From positions 94 to 64,093 of the forward strand of contig CAZSTB010000007.1 in NCBI GenBank assembly GCA_964609855.1: 64,000 nt of DNA, read 5' to 3'. The position numbers and the translations under genes were made by a program. Below, in pieces: positions 38,932-47,796 of the stretch (position 1 is its first letter; each line of letters starts with the position of its first letter). The notes beneath the pieces are model-generated. The model did no database searches, was not told the DNA's origin, and was given only the letters and a program-made list of their open reading frames with translations. Origin of the DNA: an uncultured Bdellovibrionales bacterium. Its GTDB lineage: Bacteria > Patescibacteriota > Minisyncoccia > Moranbacterales > GWC2-37-73.

Positions 38932-41841
38932 TTAAACCTTTTTCAAGAATAATTCAACTTCCTGACCATCCACGGTAATCACTTTTTTAATATCTTCGCT
39001 TTCACCATCACCCTCATTTAAGCTTTCTGCAAGGGTTTCTTTGGCGATAAGTTCTCCGAAAGCTAAGAATACTGACGACATTCCATTATACCATACTTTA
39101 ATTTTATTGTCAACTTCAAAATCCGCTTCTTTTCGCAGTTCTTGAATATAGCGAACGAGCTCCCTTGCATGTCCTTCTTGAACAAGTTCTTCCGTCAGAA
39201 CAGTGTCAAGCACAACTTTTTCCTCCTGGCGAGCATCAACTAACAATCTGGCAACATTCAGTTCCTCCCTGATGATATGCATCAACTCATCATCAAACAG
39301 ACCTTTAAGTGTGGCACTAGCAAGCGGCTGTCTGACTTTCATTTTAGCTTGCGCGCGGAGCTGTAAGCCTTCAGTTACAATTTCTCGCACTCTGCGCATT
39401 TCATCATTCAAGAGTTCATCCACATGATGACGATCACCTGTCGGCAAATCAGCAAGATGCACCGACTCTTTGCCGGTAAGATTTTTATAAATTTCCTCAC
39501 AAATAAATGGAGAGAATGGCGCTAACATTTTCGAAAGCGTCACTAGCACGTGATGCAACGTAGCATATGCACTGTCCTTGTCGCTATCATTTTCACTTTT
39601 CCAAAAACGTTTACGAGATCTGCGCACATACCAGTTGGAAAGATCATCAATAAACTTTGGAAATGCTCTCACGGCCTTATTAAGTTCATAAGCCTCCATG
39701 CCGTCATGAACGGCAACTACCAAGGTATTAAGTTCTGAAAGGATCCAGCGGTCCAGCAAATTAGTTGCATTTGAATGCTGGAAATAATCTTTATGTTCCC
39801 ATTTGTCGATATTTGCATAGAGAACAAAGAATGCGTAGCTGTTCCAAAGCATGCGGAACATTCCCCGCTGAAGTTCAGCCACATCTTTTTCTGAAAAATT
39901 CAAATTTTGCGCAGCAACAACTGGTGAGGACATCAGATAAAATCTTATAGAATCTGCTCCGTATTTATCAAACATCAACATGGGATCAGGATAATTCGCC
40001 AGGCGTTTACTCATTTTTTTCCCATCCTCAGCTAAAACCGTTCCATTGACAATCACATTCTTAAAAGCCGGAGATTGTTTGATTGCGGTGGCAATGATGT
40101 GCTGATAATAAAACCAAGCGCGCGTCTGATCCACACCTTCAGCAATGAAATCCGCAGGAAAATTCTTTTCAAATTTCTCATTATTTTCGAAAGGATAATG
40201 CTGCTGCGCATACGGCATCGAGCCGCTATCAAACCAGGTATCCAAAACATCTGGCACACGGTGCATCTTCTCTCCACATTTTTCGCAAGGAATTTCAATT
40301 TTATCCACGACATGCTTGTGAAGATCGGTAATTTTTTCTCCACTTGCTGCCTCAAGTTCAATGACTGAACCAAAAACTTTCATCTCCCCGCACTGACATT
40401 TCCAAATTGGAATCACAGAAGCCCAGAAACGCTGACGCGAAATTGACCAATCGCGCGCGCCTTCCAGCCATTTTCCAAAACGTCCTTCCTTGATATTTTC
40501 AGGTGACCAATGAATATCTTTTGCCAATTCCAAGGCCGAAGGCTTAATATCAGTTACTTTCACGAACCAAGAACTAGTCGCGTAATTTATCAGCGGCGTA
40601 TCGCAGCGCCAGCAATGAGGATATGAATGCTCATATTTTTCCTTTGCAAACAGCGCAGCATTTTTTGCGAGATATTTAATGATCTCCACATCGGTCGTGG
40701 TATGATCTCCCATTGGCTTGACATGTAGTCCGGCGAAATCACCCGCTTCTTTTTTAATAACCCCATCCATACCGACATGCTGCACAAATGGTAAATCTAA
40801 AGTCTTGCCCAAATTAAGGTCATCTTCTCCGAATGCCGGCGCGATATGCACGATTCCTGTTCCATCCTCAGCGCCCACGAAATCACCCGCTACCACCTGC
40901 CAACCGTTAGCAAAATTTGGAAGGTCAGGATTCTGATAATAATCAAAAAGCGGTTTATATTTTTTTCCGACTAATTGCGCGCCGCTAAATGTGCGCACGA
41001 TTTCATATTTTTTGTCGGCAAAAAGTTTCGGTGCCAAATCTTTAGCGACTATAAAAACTTCATCTTTAAATTCCCCATCTTTTTGCAGAGTTACGGTTTC
41101 CACGTATACATAATCAATCTCAGGATTTACTGCAAGCGCAACATTTCCTATCAAGGTCCAAGGGGTCGTTGTCCAAGCAAGCACTGAGACGCCTGGTTCA
41201 CTTACGAGCTGAAATTTTGCAATGACCGATAAGTCTTTAATATCCAGATAACCCTCGCTAACCTCTGTTTGCGAAAGTGTCGTTTCGCAGCGCGGACAAA
41301 CATGCATTGAACGATAACCCTCATAAATATAGTCCTTATCCCACAATTCCTTAAAAACCCACCAAACAGATTCCATATAAGCAAGATCCATAGTCTTATA
41401 TGCATTATCCATATCAGCCCAGCGACCCATGCGAGAAACAACAATTTTCCAATCATCAACATACTTTAAAACTTTGCTGCGACAGAGTTCATTGAACTTT
41501 TCAACGCCCAATTTTTCAATCTCACTTTTACTTTTTGAACCCAATTCTTTTTCCACAATGTTCTCAATCGGTAAGCCATGACAATCCCAACCCCATTTTC
41601 TTTCCACATAAAATCCGCGCATAGTCCAGTAGCGAGGCACGACATCTTTCATTGTTGAAGCTACAATATGTCCGTAATGCGGCGTTCCGGTAGCAAACGG
41701 AGGACCATCAAAAAAAGTATATTCCTGAGAATCTTTACGGTTTTCCAAGCTTTTTTCAAAAATTTTATTTTTCTGCCAAAAATTTATAATCTCTTTCTCC
41801 ATTTCTGGTAGGGATTGTTTTGGATCAACTTTTTTAAACAT
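38932..41841 (-). CDS. ileS: Isoleucine--tRNA ligase, type 2 (IleRS2)
   Basis: DGPPFATGTPHYGH, GWDCHGLP, WTTTPWTL, EGVDQTRAWFY, KMSKR. Confidence 0.97.
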   Translation of the reverse strand: MFKKVDPKQSLPEMEKEIINFWQKNKIFEKSLENRKDSQEYTFFDGPPFATGTPHYGHIVASTMKDVVPRYWTMRGFYVERKWGWDCHGLPIENIVEKELGSKSKSEIEKLGVEKFNELCRSKVLKYVDDWKIVVSRMGRWADMDNAYKTMDLAYMESVWWVFKELWDKDYIYEGYRSMHVCPRCETTLSQTEVSEGYLDIKDLSVIAKFQLVSEPGVSVLAWTTTPWTLIGNVALAVNPEIDYVYVETVTLQKDGEFKDEVFIVAKDLAPKLFADKKYEIVRTFSGAQLVGKKYKPLFDYYQNPDLPNFANGWQVVAGDFVGAEDGTGIVHIAPAFGEDDLNLGKTLDLPFVQHVGMDGVIKKEAGDFAGLHVKPMGDHTTTDVEIIKYLAKNAALFAKEKYEHSYPHCWRCDTPLINYATSSWFVKVTDIKPSALELAKDIHWSPENIKEGRFGKWLEGARDWSISRQRFWASVIPIWKCQCGEMKVFGSVIELEAASGEKITDLHKHVVDKIEIPCEKCGEKMHRVPDVLDTWFDSGSMPYAQQHYPFENNEKFEKNFPADFIAEGVDQTRAWFYYQHIIATAIKQSPAFKNVIVNGTVLAEDGKKMSKRLANYPDPMLMFDKYGADSIRFYLMSSPVVAAQNLNFSEKDVAELQRGMFRMLWNSYAFFVLYANIDKWEHKDYFQHSNATNLLDRWILSELNTLVVAVHDGMEAYELNKAVRAFPKFIDDLSNWYVRRSRKRFWKSENDSDKDSAYATLHHVLVTLSKMLAPFSPFICEEIYKNLTGKESVHLADLPTGDRHHVDELLNDEMRRVREIVTEGLQLRAQAKMKVRQPLASATLKGLFDDELMHIIREELNVARLLVDARQEEKVVLDTVLTEELVQEGHARELVRYIQELRKEADFEVDNKIKVWYNGMSSVFLAFGELIAKETLAESLNEGDGESEDIKKVITVDGQEVELFLKKV

Positions 41842-42011
41842 ATACTAATAATTTCTAATTTTCAATTTTTAATTTCTAAACAATCTTACCTACCGGCAGG
41901 CAGGTTTCCAATGACTTAATTTCTTTCCACCAACTCTGGCAGAAAAAAATTAAATCATTACAAAATTGAATATTGATTGAAAATTGAAAATTGAAAATTG
42001 AAAATTATAAA

Positions 42012-42272
42012 ATAAAATCCCCATACGCAAAACGCGCATAAGGACGACTTTTCCGATTCCGCCTAGGCTTCATCGCAACAAGCGTGGTACCACCTTAGTT
42101 CAGCTTTTAGCTTTTAGCTTTTAGCTTTTAGAAAAATGCATTTTCTAATGAAGCTAATGGAGCTAATGAAGCTAACAGCCCTTAATTCTAGCTGTTACGG
42201 GCTTACCCGATAAGTTCTAATTTCCTTGCGGATTTCTTCTTATAGCTCCAAGGTGATTACCTCATCATAGCC
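42012..42272 (-). ncRNA. T-box riboswitch with Ile (AUC) specifier and intrinsic terminator
   Basis: Minus strand: GATGA-GGT-AATC-ACC-TTGGAG stem I, stem II, AACTAAGGTGGTACCACG T-box, CGTCC, terminator TCCTTATGCGC-GTTTT-GCGTATGGGGA-TTTTATTT. Confidence 0.85.
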
Positions 42273-42403
42273 TTTCTAATATAATAACACCTTAAATCTC
42301 AATGTCAAAATCTCAATTTCAAATAAAAGGTATTATACCCCAGAGCAGAGCCCTGGACCCTTTGGGCTTCACGCAGCAGAGCTGCGAGGTATTATACCCT
42401 TTG

Positions 42404-42468
42404 ATATCTACGCTTGCTCGGAAATGGAAAATATTAATTTTTCATTTCGCTCGCTTCGCTTGATAATA
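42404..42468. repeat. Palindromic MITE-like repeat, copy of 8087-8153
   Basis: CGCTTGCTCGGAAATGGAAAA...TTTTTCATTTCGCTCGCTTCGCTTGATAATA. Confidence 0.65.
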
Positions 42469-42558
42469 AATGATTTGAATCCCAATGCCTCATAATCCAC
42501 TGGTTGAATTTTTAGGTTTTATTTGGCATTTGTTATTTAGATTTTAGATTTTCCTTTA

Positions 42559-43728
42559 CTATTTACCTGCAGTCTTTTTGTAAATATCCAAAGTCTTTCT
42601 GGCCGTATCATCCCAATTGAATTTCTTAGCTTGCGCAAGTCCCTTGGACTTATATTGTCCTCGCAAAGAATCGTCATCAGCAAACAAATACATTGCTGCC
42701 GCCAAATCATTGACGTCATGCGGATTTACGAAATGTGCAGCGCCATCAGCCAATTCAGGAAGTGATGCAACGCGAGATAAGATGGCCGGAGTTTCAGTTG
42801 CAAAAGCTTCAAGAACAGTCATTCCGAATCCTTCATACAATGAAGGCATTACAAAAAATTCAGCTCCACGAAAAAGCGGCACAAGTTCATCCCCAATAAT
42901 ATAGCCGGTAAAAACAACGTCCTTTACCAACCCTAAATCCTTAATTATTTGCAAATATTCTTGTGAAAGCCATCCGCGCTTCCCGGCCAATACTAGCTGG
43001 TAGTCAAACTTTCCGGAATTTTTCTGCTTCTGCTGATTTTTAAATTTCGCAAAAGCCTCAAGCAAACGCGTGATATTCTTCGAAGGTTCCAGTGTGCCGA
43101 GGAACAAAATGTATTTTTTGGAAATGTCGTATTTTCCAAAAATCTTTGAAGTGTCTCTTTCTGATACTTCAAAAAATCTTTCATCCAAACCAGGATAAAT
43201 CACACTCGTTTTCTCATCTTTAACATCTAAATACTTAAACAGATCAGCCTGCAATGCTTCTGAAACGGCAATTATATTATCTGCCTTTTTAGCCATCATG
43301 CGCGCAACAGTCTTGCTGCGAGCACGTTTTAGTGTCGGTAAATATTGAGGAATATTGAAAACCGACATATCATTAAAAGTTACGACGGTCTTGCCATTGT
43401 ATCCAGAGGGTATTCGATTCAAGGCAGAAGTGGCATGTAAGACATCCAACTTCGCTTTCTGAAGAGTAGCTAATCCCAAAATCTCGCTATATGCGCCAGG
43501 GAGATATTTCTTATAATCAGAAAATGGAAAGAATTTAATTTCAACATTCGGCCTAGTGAACTTCTTAACGTCCTTTTCACGAACACGAAAATCGAAGAAA
43601 ATAACATATTCATTCTCCATGTCATTTTTCAAAAGATGCCGAATCAGTTGATAAGTATAATGTCCCACGCCAATAGCATCGCCTCTTTCCGGATTCAAGA
43701 TTGAACGTGCATCTATTCCGATTCTCAT
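42559..43728 (-). CDS. GT4-family glycosyltransferase
   Basis: MRIGIDAR, GTLEPSKN, PSLYEGFGMTVLEAF. Confidence 0.93.
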   Translation of the reverse strand: MRIGIDARSILNPERGDAIGVGHYTYQLIRHLLKNDMENEYVIFFDFRVREKDVKKFTRPNVEIKFFPFSDYKKYLPGAYSEILGLATLQKAKLDVLHATSALNRIPSGYNGKTVVTFNDMSVFNIPQYLPTLKRARSKTVARMMAKKADNIIAVSEALQADLFKYLDVKDEKTSVIYPGLDERFFEVSERDTSKIFGKYDISKKYILFLGTLEPSKNITRLLEAFAKFKNQQKQKNSGKFDYQLVLAGKRGWLSQEYLQIIKDLGLVKDVVFTGYIIGDELVPLFRGAEFFVMPSLYEGFGMTVLEAFATETPAILSRVASLPELADGAAHFVNPHDVNDLAAAMYLFADDDSLRGQYKSKGLAQAKKFNWDDTARKTLDIYKKTAGK

Positions 43729-43805
43729 ATATTAGTTAAAAGTTCATATTGTTGAGGCTTATAATAATTATAAGCTCAAAACCGCATAAACTTTAAAAAC
43801 TTAAT

Positions 43806-45425
43806 CTACATTTTTCTTGGTGCAGAAACCCCTATTAAACGTAGGGTTTCCTCCAATATTATCCTAACACTATCTATCAGGATTAGTCTAGCTCTGGTTA
43901 ATTGCAATTTCTCCTCGTCAATAACCTTACAGGCTCCATAGAAAGAATGGAGCTTGTCCGCCATTTTCATTGCGCTATGTGGAAGTTTGTGCACATCATA
44001 GCTTTCCGCAATTTCAGCTATAAGCTCTGGAAATTTATGCATTTCCTTCATTAGAGATATCTCACGCTCATGAGTAAGTAGGGAAAGATCAGAATCTTTT
44101 TCATGGCCGATCTCAACTCCCAATTCTTGCGCTTTCGAGATTATACTACAAATACGAGCGTGCGCGTATTGCACATAAAAAACCGGATTTTTTTGCGACT
44201 GCTCTCTTGCCAACCCTAAATCGAAATTCATATGCGTATCCGGAGAATACATCAGGAAGAAAAATCTCGTCACATCATGCCCTATCTCTGAAATAAGATC
44301 ATCAATATCCACGACGTTTCCAGCACGTTTACTCATACGGACTTCTTTTCCATCCTTAACCAATCTCACCATCTGGGAAATGATAATTCTGAAATCACCT
44401 TTAAATCCCAAGGCTAGCGCAACAGCTTTAAGACGAGAAACATATCCATGATGATCAGCGCCCAGACCCATAATAAGTCGCGTGTAGCCTCTTTCTATTT
44501 TATAGAGCATATAGCCACAGTCTCCTGCCATATATGCATTCTTTCCATCCTTTTTTATGAGCACCCGATCTTTATCATCACCAAAATGTGTAGATTTAAG
44601 CCAGAGAGCACCCTCCTGCTCATAGGTTAAGCCTTTTTCTTTAAGTATTCCGATCGCTTTTTCAACATACCCCTCATCATTTAATTCTTGCTCACTTACC
44701 CACTGATCGAAAACAATCCCCATTTTTTCTACCGTTGTTTTCTTGATCATATTCTCCAAAATATCCGTAGCTGCTTTTTTTCCAACTTCGCGAATATTTT
44801 CGAGCATGCCATATTTTTCATTCAACTCATCAATGTAATTCCCGGAATATACAGCCTCCTCATCCTTAAGTACGCTATGCCCCAATTTTTCAACTTGCCC
44901 ACCAGCATCATTGACATAATATTCATTCGTAACCTCGTATCCCGCCTTTCTCAGGATGCGCGACAGGCAGTCGCCGAAAAATCCGCCTCGGCCATTTCCC
45001 AAGTGTAAAGGTCCAGTAGGGTTGGCAGAAATAAATTCATTATCAACTTTAACATTTTCACCAATAGTAAGACTTCCAAAATTGTTCTGTTCTTCTTGAA
45101 TTTTTTCTACAACATTTTGAAGACAAGCAGTCGCCAAGTAAAAATTAAGATATCCCGGCTTAACAACTTCAATTTTTTCAAATTCTGCAATCGCTACTGA
45201 CTGACTATTGATTTCCGTCGCAAGAGCACTAGCGATAACCATCGGATTTTCTCCAATTTTTTTTGCTAAATTCATTGCGATATTTGAAGTATAATCTCCA
45301 AATTGCTCACTCTTTGGATATTCCACTGAGATTTCAGGCATGTCAAAATCAGTCCACTTTTGAACCTTTTTTGCTTCATTTAAAGCATTCTTAATTATTT
45401 CTTGTATCCTCCTTTTCATAGTCAT
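43806..45425 (-). CDS. argS: Arginine--tRNA ligase
   Basis: FGDY, EFISANPTGPLHLGN, GADHHGY, MSKRAG, YVQYAHAR. Confidence 0.98.
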   Translation of the reverse strand: MTMKRRIQEIIKNALNEAKKVQKWTDFDMPEISVEYPKSEQFGDYTSNIAMNLAKKIGENPMVIASALATEINSQSVAIAEFEKIEVVKPGYLNFYLATACLQNVVEKIQEEQNNFGSLTIGENVKVDNEFISANPTGPLHLGNGRGGFFGDCLSRILRKAGYEVTNEYYVNDAGGQVEKLGHSVLKDEEAVYSGNYIDELNEKYGMLENIREVGKKAATDILENMIKKTTVEKMGIVFDQWVSEQELNDEGYVEKAIGILKEKGLTYEQEGALWLKSTHFGDDKDRVLIKKDGKNAYMAGDCGYMLYKIERGYTRLIMGLGADHHGYVSRLKAVALALGFKGDFRIIISQMVRLVKDGKEVRMSKRAGNVVDIDDLISEIGHDVTRFFFLMYSPDTHMNFDLGLAREQSQKNPVFYVQYAHARICSIISKAQELGVEIGHEKDSDLSLLTHEREISLMKEMHKFPELIAEIAESYDVHKLPHSAMKMADKLHSFYGACKVIDEEKLQLTRARLILIDSVRIILEETLRLIGVSAPRKM

Positions 45426-45533
45426 TTTCCTCGAGTGATTATAGCCTTATTATACATGTTAAAGCGTTTAGAGCAATAGAAAAAGTAGTCTTTTTAAGAC
45501 TACTTTTTCGGAAAACCAAGAATTGTAAGAATT

Positions 45534-46724
45534 TTAAAAAGGTGAAACTTCTTTCCATTGTCCTGTTGAACGCGGAGAACAGTCGGCACTTGATGAACAA
45601 GTCGCTTCTGGCAGACATTCCGCATTATAATCAACGGCGAGAATCAATGGGTCCGCTTCTTCACATGAATTCAAACTGCACGCTTTTGCTCTGCAACCCA
45701 CAAATATAGTTTGCACAGATGGCGGCAATTCTACATTAAATTGATCAATACAGTTCAGTTGGTATTCGGCGCTTCTTCCTTGTGGAACTATATCCATCTG
45801 CCTAGCCTCCAAAGGTGCAAGAGCTAAATTACCAGACCAAACAGGGTCACATGTGCCAGATTTACATACTGCCTGACAGGAAAGTATATTTCCAGTCAAA
45901 ATCCATGATAGTGTAACTTTTTTTTCATTCAAAGGAAGTGTGCCAAGCGACTGACCGGAAAATAAAGTAATGTATTGAGCAGAAGCTGACAAAGTTGCTG
46001 TTGGAACATTCACTATCGCACTTCCACTTTGTGAATTAAAATTAAGCCATCCTAACTCGAATGCACCCTCGGGACTTGCGGACAAAGCATACCCCTCAAG
46101 AGCATGCGTGCTTGAATTAATAGTTACGCCATAGGCGGTACCCGAACCATCGTTTATTGTTCCACTTAATTTTATCCAACCTTTCCAACCTCCGGCGTTA
46201 GCGTTCACTTCGCCTGCACTACAAATATTATCAGCATCACTTCCGTCGCACATGCTGATAATCCGAGCCCATCCAGTCAAAAAATTTCCACTCCCATGAC
46301 TTGTCGCGGAACAACCAGAAACCGGGTCTGGCACTGGACAGCCAACAACATCAGCTGCATTAAAACTAATCCAACCAATGTTTTCACTCCAGGCGTAGCC
46401 AGAAATTACTCCGCTAAGCGGTATAGCTAATCCGTATTGAGCCACAGGAGAACCCGAAACTGGGCAACCCACAATTCCCTCAGAAAGTCCATCACCGTTT
46501 GAATCGCAGTTCAAGCTGTTCGTACTGACCCATCCAAAATTTGTATTTGTGCCGTCAGCTGTTGGATAAGATCCGAGCTGACTGCCGCCACCCCAAAACC
46601 ATCCACTAACATTATCCATAACACCGGCATTTGTCTTTTCCAGCACAGCAAATACCAGAGCGAACAATCCACAAAAAAACAGACTGAATTTTAAAATATT
46701 TTTTTTGTATTTTTTTTCTGACAC
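45534..46724 (-). CDS. Secreted Cys/Trp-rich surface protein with GYAWSENIGWI-type repeats
   Basis: Signal peptide; GWFW, GYAW, GWAR, GWIK repeats; C-terminal WKEVSP. Confidence 0.75.
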   Translation of the reverse strand: MSEKKYKKNILKFSLFFCGLFALVFAVLEKTNAGVMDNVSGWFWGGGSQLGSYPTADGTNTNFGWVSTNSLNCDSNGDGLSEGIVGCPVSGSPVAQYGLAIPLSGVISGYAWSENIGWISFNAADVVGCPVPDPVSGCSATSHGSGNFLTGWARIISMCDGSDADNICSAGEVNANAGGWKGWIKLSGTINDGSGTAYGVTINSSTHALEGYALSASPEGAFELGWLNFNSQSGSAIVNVPTATLSASAQYITLFSGQSLGTLPLNEKKVTLSWILTGNILSCQAVCKSGTCDPVWSGNLALAPLEARQMDIVPQGRSAEYQLNCIDQFNVELPPSVQTIFVGCRAKACSLNSCEEADPLILAVDYNAECLPEATCSSSADCSPRSTGQWKEVSPF

Positions 46725-46740
46725 AATGGTTTACTTTAAT

Positions 46741-47028
46741 TTATTTTTTCACTGCTGGCTCCGGCTGCATTGCAGTATTATTCAAACAAGCTCCATCAAC
46801 TAATTGTATCTTAGCGTCTTCCTTGCGAACTTCGAATGGGTTGCACCCACTTTCCTTGGTTTGCTTCATCAGCTGCATTATTGAATCCGTGTAACCAGTT
46901 TTATAAGAATTTTGCATCGCGCCTATCTTGAAAGCTTGATACTGGTCAAAAATAACATAGCCAGTCGTAGCGACAAACCAAAGAATTATAACTGTTTTTA
47001 TTATATCTTCTTTTTTAATCGTCATCAT
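46741..47028 (-). CDS. Hypothetical membrane-anchored protein
   Basis: 95 aa with N-terminal TM, co-oriented in the cluster. Confidence 0.7.
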   Translation of the reverse strand: MMTIKKEDIIKTVIILWFVATTGYVIFDQYQAFKIGAMQNSYKTGYTDSIMQLMKQTKESGCNPFEVRKEDAKIQLVDGACLNNTAMQPEPAVKK

Positions 47029-47064
47029 TACGTTTTTTAAAAAATATTATTGAACTGAATTACA

Positions 47065-47784
47065 CTAGTTTTCTGGTTGAGCCAATGGAGCCACAGCAGC
47101 AGGAATAACATCAGAAGCAGCAATTGGAGCAGCTGGAGCCTGTGGCATTGCATCAGGTAATGGTGTAGCAATTGGAGCGACTGGCTGCGCAGAAGATTGG
47201 CTAGCATTTGGCATGGCGATATTCTGCTGAACATTTATCTCTTTAGCCACAAATTCTTTTTTATCTTTAATATTCTCACCCGCAGTAACCGACACTTGTT
47301 GTCCCTGTTTAAGCTCCGAGAGTTTTACTTCAGTTTTTTCAAATGGCGTTGGAGCCTCAAGTTGAGTCATGTTCACATCCTGCTGACTGGTCATCATCTG
47401 CTCTCGAAACACTCTCATCTCTTCTTGAAACTTGGTCATATCTTTCTGCATAGAAAGATAAATCTTTGTTTCAGGATTAAGCGTCACAATTCTCATATCC
47501 AAAGCCTCATCCGCCAATGGCTCTAAAGGTTTAATTTTGATTTCAAGTTTTCCACCCTCATTTTTTTCAACCACACCATTTATGGTTCTAATATCTGAAC
47601 TGATCAACATCCCCGTTTCAGATTGTGCCAATCTTTCCTTAGCTGCATTCCAGCCAGCTTGGTAAGAATCTTCCTTGGGTTGTAAATTATTTGTTGTGAT
47701 TTTTCTAGGAAGCGCCATACCTATAGCGATACCAATAGGCACAAGGAATAGAATGACAAGGATGCAGAGGAGGATTTTTTTCAT
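47065..47784 (-). CDS. Hypothetical membrane-anchored protein with Pro/Ala tail
   Basis: N-terminal TM, beta-rich core, PA-rich C-terminus. Confidence 0.75.
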   Translation of the reverse strand: MKKILLCILVILFLVPIGIAIGMALPRKITTNNLQPKEDSYQAGWNAAKERLAQSETGMLISSDIRTINGVVEKNEGGKLEIKIKPLEPLADEALDMRIVTLNPETKIYLSMQKDMTKFQEEMRVFREQMMTSQQDVNMTQLEAPTPFEKTEVKLSELKQGQQVSVTAGENIKDKKEFVAKEINVQQNIAMPNASQSSAQPVAPIATPLPDAMPQAPAAPIAASDVIPAAVAPLAQPEN

Positions 47785-47796
47785 AATTTTACTTGT

